Part shown: piece after piece, positions 55,217-64,000 of the stretch | How the letters are laid out: each line of letters starts with the position of its first letter | Numbering within the stretch: position 1 is the stretch's first letter | Assembly (NCBI GenBank): GCA_963693365.1 | Contig: CAVNZM010000003.1 | Location: 12,987,252 to 13,051,251 of the forward strand | DNA: 64,000 nt | Source of the DNA: Amoebidium appalachense | Lineage: Eukaryota > Protista > Ichthyosporea | Direction of reading: 5' to 3' | Made by a program: the position numbers and the translations under genes | The notes under the pieces: generated by a model | Told to the model about the DNA's origin: nothing | What the model saw: the letters and a program-made list of their open reading frames with translations, nothing else | Databases searched by the model: none

Positions 55217-56029
55217 CTAAAAGGCTGGTATCACACACGAAGTGAGTGGCTCCTGATCTGATTCTCGCGAACGCTTCCTGTTGTTGACAGCCCCACGTAG
55301 AGCCTCCGTGTAGGTTGGTGTGTCACGGTGCTCGTTGCGCCAGGCCACCACCTTGCGCCAGAAACGTTCCATGTGGGGTAGTTTTGCGGCAAACCATGCA
55401 CGGTCGCGCTTGACTTCGACAATCATCATCTCTTCTTCTTGTGCACACGTCTGTGGCTTGTAATCGACAAAGTCGCAGACTTCTAGGTCCAACACCTCCA
55501 TCAAAACCTGCACCTGGGCCATATAGTGCGGCGGCACCTCTCCTGTGATGGGGCGTGTGACCGGGCATTTGATTTCTACCAGCCGTCCGCATGTCGTGAC
55601 TCGGTCCGGGGAACCAGCCAGGAAGTCTATGGTCAGGTGCTTGCACAATCCAAATGACAACAGTGCACGGCCGGTGGCCTGTGCGTATCTTGCAGCAGCC
55701 ACCGGTTCGTATTTGTGGCCATGCTGAGTGAAGACACCAAAGTCGTTTGTTCGCAGGCCCACTTTCAGCTCGAAGGCCTTCTCGTTGCTGCAGTACTTGT
55801 TCTCGCCGATAACGGAGCCCACATCGGATGCAGTCAGATGGTTCTTACGCTGCTGCAGCCACTCCTCCGTGCCCTGCTCGTTCGACAATCCAGCCTGTCG
55901 CTGGACAAGGGCCTGCACGTTGGGATGTAGGGGCACCTCGCTCAGCAGGAGGGGGGCCAGCACGCCGACGTGGTGGGGTATGGCAGAATGGTCCGGGCGG
56001 CGAGGGGACAGGCAGAGAGTCGCCTCCAT
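55217..56029 (-). CDS. YqaJ-like viral recombinase/lambda-type exonuclease
   Basis: QGTEEWLQQR..LTASD, HGHKYEPVA, AGSPD, EIKCP, YMAQVQVLMEV. Confidence 0.92.
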   Translation of the reverse strand: MEATLCLSPRRPDHSAIPHHVGVLAPLLLSEVPLHPNVQALVQRQAGLSNEQGTEEWLQQRKNHLTASDVGSVIGENKYCSNEKAFELKVGLRTNDFGVFTQHGHKYEPVAAARYAQATGRALLSFGLCKHLTIDFLAGSPDRVTTCGRLVEIKCPVTRPITGEVPPHYMAQVQVLMEVLDLEVCDFVDYKPQTCAQEEEMMIVEVKRDRAWFAAKLPHMERFWRKVVAWRNEHRDTPTYTEALRGAVNNRKRSRESDQEPLTSCVIPAF

Positions 56030-56369
56030 GCTGCATGTGCACGAATGCACCTGTTGTGGACATGCTGTGTGTATTTAACATGCAATTGGCACAGTGTGTG
56101 TGTTTTGTATGCATGTTTGTTGAGTGCAAACAAGACCTGTTTGGACGCGGGTGCACTTTAGCGCCTCTTGGGGCGCGACTTTCGGCGCTTTGTTTTGGAG
56201 AGGAAGGGCACAAGAAATTTGAGTGAACCGGACCGCTTGGACCTGTGTGAGCGCCGTCCCTTTCTGCGTGGAGCCATTTTGGGGTTGGATAGTTAACTTT
56301 GTAGTCAATATATTTCCGCGCTACTCCAAAAAGCCGCTATTTGCCTTTGTTTATCTCGCACCCAGCGCC

Positions 56370-56693
56370 TTAAATGGCGCGCAGATATGTCCGCACACGG
56401 GCCTCGGCGATTGCTGCGGCGCTCTGAGATGAACCAGGAGCGCCCTGATTGCCGCTGGCAAATGCTGCTGCAATGCTCCGCTCAAGGTCCATACGTACGG
56501 TGCATGCCTTTCTAATGAGGCCGGGTGTGGGTGTTCGGACGGGGAGCAGAGTAGATGTGCGCAGGTCAATTAGCAAAGTGGGACGGACAGAAGGAAGCCG
56601 TGGGTGGCCCTGGCTAACTTGAAGTGGGGGGAGGGAAGGGAGGGAAGAGAGGGGAGCAGGTCTTATGGGTATGGTATTGGCTGGTTCAGACAT
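56370..56693 (-). CDS. Small hypothetical protein
   Basis: ATG ORF divergent from the SSB-like gene. Confidence 0.4.
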   Translation of the reverse strand: MSEPANTIPIRPAPLSSLPSLPPLQVSQGHPRLPSVRPTLLIDLRTSTLLPVRTPTPGLIRKACTVRMDLERSIAAAFASGNQGAPGSSQSAAAIAEARVRTYLRAI

Positions 56694-56871
56694 TTGTGGT
56701 TTTGTGTGGGATTAAAAAAAACGCCAATGTGGACCGGGAATGTGTAAAAGGCCATACTGGCCAAATGGACGTTGTTGTGTAGCTTGGGTGGTCCAAGACC
56801 GTGTATAAAAGCAGTCACACCAAGCAATTACCGACACAGTCGCAACAGAAGCCTGCAAGGCAAGCATCAAA

Positions 56872-58006
56872 ATGATCACAGTCATCAACGAAGAAAACTG
56901 CATTGTCGAGTGGAAGGACATTGACCCTGAAAATGGCCAAGACATTACTTTTGCACAGGTAGTGCCCCCCCCCCCCCCTCCCCCCCCTCCCCCGGGTCCC
57001 TTCTAAACATATACACTTGTGTCCTTGTGGTTAGTTTTGATTGGATGGCACCACCGTAAATCCCATGCAGTTGCTGACACAGCCCACACAGCCCATCCGT
57101 CCCAAGCAGGGCTCGCTGGCAAACCCCAAGAACTTCTCTCTGCCGCTGCGGGTGCTTGTGCGCGGACAGCCCGTGGCCCTGCGAGTGATTACCCCTCCCC
57201 TTCGTGTGGTTGGCAAGACAAGCTGGCAGAACCGCTGGACCCACCTGGACATGTCTACCCGTGGCGACCATGACGTGTTTGCGTTTGTCTCCATGCTGGA
57301 AAACCTGGAGAAATTGGCCCTCAACACGGTGCTGCAACGGTACACCAGCCTGTTCCCGCTCAAGAACAAGGTGCCTACGTTCGAGGCCCTGAAAGAGGAC
57401 AAGTTCAGCTCTGCCGTACGTGTGGAGTACTCCATCCTCAAGCTCAAGATGCCTGATGTGGTTGACAACGTGCCCTCTTCACCCCTGAGGGGGAGAGGAT
57501 TGTGGACATGGACCAGGTAACTTGCCCCCCCCCCCCCCCCCCTCCTACCCTGTTCCTACCCACATGTCCCCCCCCCTCCCTGGCTCTTCTATCCTCTGTC
57601 CCCCCCCCCTGCCTTCCTACCCACATGCCCCCCCCCCCTCCCCCCTCCTTCTACCCTGTTCCTACCCACATGACCCCCCCCCTCCCCGGCTTCCCCCTGT
57701 TGCTAACCTTGCACCCTGCAGCTGGAAGGCACCATTGCCCGGCGCCCCTATGCCCGTCTGGCCATCGAGTTTGCCGACATCTACTTTGACGCCCAGAGAG
57801 ACATCTTCCGCACCCGCCTCTACGTCAAACAGGTGCGCTTTATGCGCGCACAGCCCGCCACCCAGGGCGGCTACTTCCTCACAAGCCTGGTGGTGCCGGG
57901 GGAACCCGATGAAGACGAGGCCATGGCCACTGAGGACGTTCACCCTGCTGATGCTACGGCCGTTATGTCAGAGGCCACCGAGGACGCTGAGGGGCACCAC
58001 GAGTAG
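56872..58006 (+). CDS. Putative OB-fold ssDNA-binding protein (DUF2738/gp2.5-like), 3 exons (56872-56958, 57071-57516, 57722-58006), one apparent frameshift near 57475
   Basis: LRVITPPL, LAIEFADIYF, LYVKQVRF, acidic tail; GT-AG introns with gctaac branch site. Confidence 0.6.
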
Positions 58007-58192
58007 TGTTTTGTGTGTGTGTGTGAGTGTGTGTCTGAGCGCCAAATTGTTCAGTGGCAGACTAATGTTATATAAACGTCCATATTGCCGTTGGCAGGCC
58101 CAACCATTGTTTTTTGTTCGTGTATTTACTTGAATAAAAAGGCACTTCACGCAAATTATATGGGATTATTTGCAGCAACTCTGTTCACAACA

Positions 58193-59263
58193 ATGGCTAC
58201 AGTTGCTCGCCTACCCTCTGGCCGTGTGGGTAAACGCAGGCTGCGCCAAAAGTATGGCACCAAAGGCCGTGACCCCTTGCACAAATATCGCGAGAAGTAT
58301 ATCTTCATAGAAGACTATGTCATGCAGCACATCGAGGGGAGTGCGGCCGGTGACCCTGAGTTTCTACTGGACATACTCCCCCACATGTCGAAACACTACT
58401 GCGACAAGGTGCCCATGTGCTTCCATGAGGAACTGGGATTTGTGCCAGTCAGCACCACTACTGCGCACACCCGACCAGCCTTCCAGTTTCAGGCCGTGTC
58501 CCCGGTGGCCTCCGATGCCGAGCAGGAGCCCAGCGACCCCGACTCACAGGGCAGCTACGAGCCCCCTGACAATCCAGACTCACCCATCCGCAGACGTACA
58601 CCTGCAAGACTGTCTACTCTGGTGGAGCCTGCACCTCTCGCAGAGGCAGACACGGGCCCAACCCCGGAGGAGGAGGATGAGTGGACCCGCCAGCGCACCC
58701 ACCCCCCCGAGTACTGTGACCACGTCACCCTGCGGCGCAACCAGCCATACCTCGTGCAGAACCACTTTGTGGAGGGCCTTGCGTGCCTGCAGGCAAAGGA
58801 GACACTGGTGGTGCCCCGGAAGGTACTTGACATTGTGAGCGAGGAGCTGGGCAGCCTGTGTCGCAGCCGGGCAGACCTGACCCTGTATGGCAAGGTGCGG
58901 CGCTGCCTTCAGACACACCGCCAGTCCCGGTACTACCGCAACATCCCGCAGATCTGCGAAAAGGCCCTGCAGTGCCAGGTGCCCAAGCTCACACACGAGC
59001 AGGAGGTGACCGTTCGGCGGTATTTCAGCGACACGTTCCGTGCCTTCATGGAGGCCAACACACAGCGGATAAACTTTCTGAGCCTGAACTATGTGCTCTT
59101 CAAACTGTTTGAGCTTGCCGGCTTGAAGGACTACACTGCTCTTGTTCCCGGCCTTCGCAGCCGGGAAAAGGTTGCGGAACACGACAGTGCGTGGGAATCT
59201 ATCTGCAACATAAATGGCTGGCGCTTTGTCAAGACCGCACCGATCCCCCGGTGCTTCCAGTGA
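58193..59263 (+). CDS. VLTF3: Viral late transcription factor 3 (A2L-like)
   Basis: NHFVEGL..LQAKE, YYRNIPQI, RINFLSLNYVLFKLFEL, LRSREKVAEHD..W..IC..GWRF. Confidence 0.92.
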   Translation: MATVARLPSGRVGKRRLRQKYGTKGRDPLHKYREKYIFIEDYVMQHIEGSAAGDPEFLLDILPHMSKHYCDKVPMCFHEELGFVPVSTTTAHTRPAFQFQAVSPVASDAEQEPSDPDSQGSYEPPDNPDSPIRRRTPARLSTLVEPAPLAEADTGPTPEEEDEWTRQRTHPPEYCDHVTLRRNQPYLVQNHFVEGLACLQAKETLVVPRKVLDIVSEELGSLCRSRADLTLYGKVRRCLQTHRQSRYYRNIPQICEKALQCQVPKLTHEQEVTVRRYFSDTFRAFMEANTQRINFLSLNYVLFKLFELAGLKDYTALVPGLRSREKVAEHDSAWESICNINGWRFVKTAPIPRCFQ

Positions 59264-59656
59264 TTTGAACTTGTAAAGGCAAGATCATGGCAACGTGTTT
59301 GTGTTCATGTTGGTTGTATTCAACAATAAAACAACTCGGAGAACCTACAGAGTTAAAAGAGCGAAATTAGCACCACAAGCACGCACAGGGCCACTCCCCT
59401 GCAGTCAATGCAATCGACACACAAGTTTATACTAACACAATGAAAGCAGACAAGGCATGGGCGCCATTGTGGCGGTGCGGGTGTAGTGCCTTTTGCTTTT
59501 GCCCCCGCCGGCGACCTCGTGTTTCTGCTGGGGTGCGGCGACGGCATCCGCAGACGATTTCAACGAATAAATCTGCCCCAAAGTGCATCAACCATTGATA
59601 CCGACACACTGGTTGTAATTCTTTTTTTTATCGAACCATCAAAAGCAGACTGTAAC

Positions 59657-59974
59657 ATGGGAGAAGACTTTGCAAGCAGTTTTGGCAGTGCCGTGTCATC
59701 CCCAGGGGCCAGCATGGCAGATACCAGTGTCTACGAGGAGCCGGCAGAGGTGTGGTGGGTGCTGCGGATAGCCCCTTGGCTGGTGGGTGGTGGGTGCATG
59801 GCACTGGCGATTGCCATGGGGCTGAGCGCCGTTGTGCAGCGGCTGTGGTACCAGGACAGGCCCCTGCCCTTGTCGGTCAAGGGGGGCTTGACCATTGTCG
59901 GTGCCGTGCTGGCGGGAGTTGTGCTGTGGTGGCTGGGTGTGATTGCACCTGGGCCTAGGGTGTTTGCCTGGTGA
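59657..59974 (+). CDS. Small two-TM protein
   Basis: Two hydrophobic helices. Confidence 0.5.
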   Translation: MGEDFASSFGSAVSSPGASMADTSVYEEPAEVWWVLRIAPWLVGGGCMALAIAMGLSAVVQRLWYQDRPLPLSVKGGLTIVGAVLAGVVLWWLGVIAPGPRVFAW

Positions 59975-60103
59975 CATGGACCCCCTCCCCCCCTCCTCCT
60001 CTAACCCCCCCTCCTCCAACCCCCCCCCTCCTCCAACCCCCCCCCTCCTCCAACCCCCCCCCCCCCCCCCCTCCCCCCCCCCCGGTGGTGCGCAATGTGA
60101 GCC

Positions 60104-60787
60104 CTACTGGCTCACCAGCCGCCGGGCCTCGTCGACAAGCTGTCGGGGATAGCTGTGCAGTGCCGTCTGGAAAAAGGCCTCTCCCTCGGCAACATACCGC
60201 TTGTAATAGTAGCCCAGCACCAACCCCGCAGATGCCGTTGTCAGTGTCAGCTTCTCCGGGCTGGCTGGGTCCAACACATACACCTTGTTCGACGACACAT
60301 GCAGCCCCAACACAAACCAGCGGGCCTGCAGCACGTGTGTCCCCCAGGCGCTCCGTGTGCACCGCACGGCCACAAAGCCGTGCTTTTTTGCGGCCTGTAG
60401 GGCAGCCACTATGTTGGGGTCTGTGTGGGCAATGAGGTTCTTGGCATCATGCACGTCCACGTGGACCATCATTGCCAGACTCGCAGTGATAGGGGCTGCC
60501 ATGGGCCACGACAACACACCGTCGTGGCTGAGGGGGCTGCATATGGCCTCGGCTGCCTCTCTCACACCGGTGTGTGCAAGCAGGGCCTGTGCGGCTGCTA
60601 GGCCCCCCCGGTCATACTTCATCATGTCTATCCTGTCTTCGGGGCCACGGCCTGGCACCGAATTCAGAGCGCTGACCAGAAACCAGATGCTGTTGTACAC
60701 AGCTGCGGCAGCCGTGTCTCGGGCCTCGGCAGGCACCCTCTTGGGCAAAACCTCCATGAACAGAGACTGGTCATTTGTGGCGGGCAT
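60104..60787 (-). CDS. Hypothetical protein
   Basis: 227-aa ATG ORF. Confidence 0.55.
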   Translation of the reverse strand: MPATNDQSLFMEVLPKRVPAEARDTAAAAVYNSIWFLVSALNSVPGRGPEDRIDMMKYDRGGLAAAQALLAHTGVREAAEAICSPLSHDGVLSWPMAAPITASLAMMVHVDVHDAKNLIAHTDPNIVAALQAAKKHGFVAVRCTRSAWGTHVLQARWFVLGLHVSSNKVYVLDPASPEKLTLTTASAGLVLGYYYKRYVAEGEAFFQTALHSYPRQLVDEARRLVSQ

Positions 60788-60834
60788 GGTTGTGTCTCAG
60801 AGGTGCGCAGAAAAAAAGTGAGTGCCTCTTTCAA

Positions 60835-61704
60835 ATGTACCCTCTGCCACGCGTAATACCCGCCGGGGTGATGGAGCTGGTGCAGGCTGGCGGCAAGGAG
60901 GAGGCACGTGGGGTGTTCATGCCGCGCCGCCCGCCAGACTACCCGGAGGATGTGTGGGAAACCAAGCAGCGGATCAAGGCGATTGTGGATGTGCCTGTGT
61001 ATTGGTTTGTGTGCCAGGAGGGGCGCCCGTTTACCCTGGGCAGCCTGCTACACGTGGCTGGCTTTGAAGACACGGGGAAAATGGCGCTGTTCATATGCGC
61101 ACAGCGGGCCTGGGGGTTTGTGTTCACCGAGGGGATAGGCCGTGCATATGCCCAACAGAGGCAGGCACGCAAATGTGAGCGGCTCACCTGGGACACGTTC
61201 CTGCGGCTGACTCTGCGGCCCAGACTGGCAAAACTGCAGGGTGTGCGAGACGCACGGACGCTGAAGGGGGGGATGGCACGTCTGGCCATACATGCCGTGG
61301 AGTATGTGCGCGACGGTGACCAGCTGGTGGTGAAGGACAGGCGCGACCTTGAGCCGCGTGTGCTGAGACTGGTGCGAGCCATCGGGGAGGACGGCGATTT
61401 GGACGTTGACGGTGCGAGCGAGGGGCCATCGCAGGCGGCTGTAAGCCAACAAATCCGCGAGGGCAGACACCGGTGGCCCATGAGGCTGGCGGGGGTGCTG
61501 TGGACGTCCGGCCAGCCACCCGCCCCGCCCCGCCCCTTTGCCCAAGCCCAGCTGCATCTGGACCTGCTGCCCGCACGCACAGACGGTGCTGGTGCGGACC
61601 GGGGCCTGCAGTACCAGCCCGAGGGCCGCGAGGACCCGGTGCAACTGCAAACAGGAGGGGCTGGTGCCGATTTAGAGATGCAACCGGGCTTTTTTTCACC
61701 CTAG
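60835..61704 (+). CDS. Hypothetical protein
   Basis: 289-aa ATG ORF. Confidence 0.55.
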   Translation: MYPLPRVIPAGVMELVQAGGKEEARGVFMPRRPPDYPEDVWETKQRIKAIVDVPVYWFVCQEGRPFTLGSLLHVAGFEDTGKMALFICAQRAWGFVFTEGIGRAYAQQRQARKCERLTWDTFLRLTLRPRLAKLQGVRDARTLKGGMARLAIHAVEYVRDGDQLVVKDRRDLEPRVLRLVRAIGEDGDLDVDGASEGPSQAAVSQQIREGRHRWPMRLAGVLWTSGQPPAPPRPFAQAQLHLDLLPARTDGAGADRGLQYQPEGREDPVQLQTGGAGADLEMQPGFFSP

Positions 61705-61722
61705 GGGCACCCACACGCGACT

Positions 61723-62625
61723 ATGATGGCCAACTTTGCGGAGACAACAAAGGAAGAGAGGGCAGACATGCTGCGCCTGCAGCTTCCCCTCTTTGGTTTC
61801 CGCACCCTGCAGCGGCTGGGTGAGCAGTGTGGCATGGACGTGAAGTTCATGCCCAGGCATGTGCTGTTGGAGAGCTTGAAGAGCAAGGTGGAGACCTGCC
61901 CGGTGCTGGACACGCTGGGGCTCGTGAGTATGCCTGCAATGTTGGTGGTGGGACCAGTGGTCTACACCATGGGCCACTACCTGGTCACCACTGTTGGGGC
62001 CATGATCCGGTGGACTGGGCAGTTGACAATCGGGATCATAGCGGATAGGCTGATTGTGCCATGGTTATCGGCTAGCTCGATACTGACCCAGGTGACAATG
62101 GGAGCCGGATTTGTACCAGGCGGAAAAGGAAGGGGCAGCGGTCACGGTGGCCAGGCCAAAAGCCCTGCCACCAATTTAGGGGGTGCCACAGATGCCCGCG
62201 GACCCAGCCTGGCCCGGACAGTATGGGGAGTTGTGAAAGACGTCAAAAACATGCTGTTCCAGAGTGTGGGCAGGGGTTGCGAGGCTGTTCCTGGGGTCTC
62301 AATGGGCAGGCTGGGCGGGGTTGTGATGCTGGTTGCCGCCAGTGCACTCGTTCCGCGGTTTCCGTTTGCGCAAATTGCACGGATGGTGCTCACCACCGGT
62401 GCGCTGCCATCCCCGGCTGGTGCAGCAGCAGGCGCCAAAGGGGCCGGTGCACGTGCCCCAGGTGCTGACAGAAAGCGGGGAGGTGGGGAAAAGAGAGTCC
62501 GTTTGGACGCTACATGGGACTCGTTCGAAGACAACGTCCCAGATGGCTTTTTGCACTTCCCATCCACGGAGCAATGTGCCGCGTGCAGCAGCGGAGCCAA
62601 GCGGCGCCGGGTGGGGCGCGTGTGA
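61723..62625 (+). CDS. Hypothetical protein with hydrophobic segments and basic C-terminus
   Basis: 300-aa ATG ORF. Confidence 0.55.
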   Translation: MMANFAETTKEERADMLRLQLPLFGFRTLQRLGEQCGMDVKFMPRHVLLESLKSKVETCPVLDTLGLVSMPAMLVVGPVVYTMGHYLVTTVGAMIRWTGQLTIGIIADRLIVPWLSASSILTQVTMGAGFVPGGKGRGSGHGGQAKSPATNLGGATDARGPSLARTVWGVVKDVKNMLFQSVGRGCEAVPGVSMGRLGGVVMLVAASALVPRFPFAQIARMVLTTGALPSPAGAAAGAKGAGARAPGADRKRGGGEKRVRLDATWDSFEDNVPDGFLHFPSTEQCAACSSGAKRRRVGRV

Positions 62626-62714
62626 TGGGAACGCCAATATGGACACCGGACGCTATTTGGTGCCCTTGTACATAAGCCCTGCACACGTCGGGTGTGTGCC
62701 AGTCCAACACCGTC

Positions 62715-63500
62715 ATGCAAATCACCAGCAGACACAGGTACATAGGCAGCGTGGGTGGGCCCATCACCCGCCGCGGGCCGCGCCCACTGCCCGACCCAGT
62801 CCACCTGCCAGGCAGTGGCCGTCATGCCCCCATGGTAACCGTTACGCCGCCGGCCACGCACTGCTGGCACTGCACGTACCCCTTTGACACAGACCCAATC
62901 GGTATCCCCTCGAGTATAAACGGTGGAGTGCTCCGTGTCACAGGCAGCTTCTGCTCTTTCAACTGCGCAGCCGCCCACCTCAAATACACGCTGCGGGCCC
63001 GCTCTCGCAGTGGCTACCTGCTGGCATACATGTACAAAAAGATGACCGGCCGCAACCTGGAGCGGGTACGGGAGGCCCCGCCCATGCAGATGTTGCAGCG
63101 TTTTGGCGGGCACATGACCATCGAGGAGTTTCGGCGGGACTCCACCGTGCACCCTGGGCTGGTATACGATTCTGTACCGTTCAACTGCATTCCGATGAGC
63201 TACAATGGCCATGTGTATGACCTGGTGGACAACCTGAACATGCCACCTACCACCAACCAGCCAGCAGCGGCAGCTGCTCCTTGCCCACGGCCAGCAGCCA
63301 TGGAAAACAAAGGGATGAGGCGCCGCACAAAGCCTGTGACTGCCCCAGCAGAGACACCCGCACTGGTGGCAGACGAGGAAAAAGGCACACAAAGCCACCA
63401 CACAAAAGGAGGGCGGCAGCGGAAGTGCACAGACCACCCGCCGGAGGCAACCAGTCCAGCACATGCGCTCGGACGGGAGGTTCCGCAGCTCGATTTCTAA
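62715..63500 (+). CDS. VLTF2: Viral late transcription factor 2 (A1L-like)
   Basis: CWHCTYPF..GIP, GSFCSFNCA, AP..LQRFGGHMTIEEFR. Confidence 0.92.
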   Translation: MQITSRHRYIGSVGGPITRRGPRPLPDPVHLPGSGRHAPMVTVTPPATHCWHCTYPFDTDPIGIPSSINGGVLRVTGSFCSFNCAAAHLKYTLRARSRSGYLLAYMYKKMTGRNLERVREAPPMQMLQRFGGHMTIEEFRRDSTVHPGLVYDSVPFNCIPMSYNGHVYDLVDNLNMPPTTNQPAAAAAPCPRPAAMENKGMRRRTKPVTAPAETPALVADEEKGTQSHHTKGGRQRKCTDHPPEATSPAHALGREVPQLDF

Positions 63501-64000
63501 ATTTGTGAAAATAGACAACGGCCAGCCACCAGCCAGCTAAAGACGTGCCTGCACCAGGCAGTGTTGAGGGCATACAACAGCGCTTGGACGGCGGCAACCG
63601 ACAAATAATAAAATAATACCAATATACACTTCAGAAATGTCTGGGTTATACACCACAATGGTGGCTTGTGTTGTTGTGTGCGTCTGGGCCCTTCTCTATC
63701 TGCAGGTGTTGGGCTCTGAAAGATTTGACGGTGTATTGGACCCAAAGTCCATCACTGAGCGGTTTATCCCCGCCAACTTGTATTAGCTTACAAACCCCCC
63801 CCCCCCCCCCTCTTACCCTCACTCCCACCTCCACTCTCCTCCTCCCCCCCCCCCCCCATCCCCCCCCCCCCCAACCCCAACCTCCCGTGTCCCCTCCCCG
63901 TACCTGGCTCTTGGCTCTTGTGACATTTTTAGAGCCAAACACCACACACCTAGATTTTTATTCCCCCTTTCTAAACGCCACCATGAACACCCTTGCACCC

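Noticed and set aside
60000-60115. Possible intron extending the 60104-60787 gene (gtgagc donor on minus strand)
   Set aside because: The next exon would overlap a plausible plus-strand membrane gene and shows no recognisable motif; unsupported

Overview
This window is a segment of a giant-virus (Nucleocytoviricota) genome that looks endogenised in, or at least nucleus-adapted to, a eukaryotic host. Recognisable viral genes include VLTF2, VLTF3, PCNA, two YqaJ-type exonucleases, an AEP primase/UL9-like helicase fusion split by one stop, an SSB, an H2B-H2A histone doublet next to a SET-domain gene, a SLATT protein and a beta-helix spike-like protein. These are interleaved with microsatellites, homopolymer runs, spliceosomal introns and pseudogenes. 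An IS607-type TnpA + Fanzor2 element is present as one full copy, one copy cut by the window edge, one omega-RNA-only right end and two orphan left ends; all ends are bounded by CAG and the three right ends carry different guide sequences. The most unusual signal is a family of 44-bp palindromes bounded by CCAAT...ATTGG whose internal stems differ in sequence yet stay paired. They form an in-frame variable segment of KilA-N genes and gene fragments and also occur as non-coding tandem arrays. Related antirepressor-type genes carry tandem arrays inside their introns. All family assignments are from motif recognition by eye, not database searches, and the host cannot be identified from this window.
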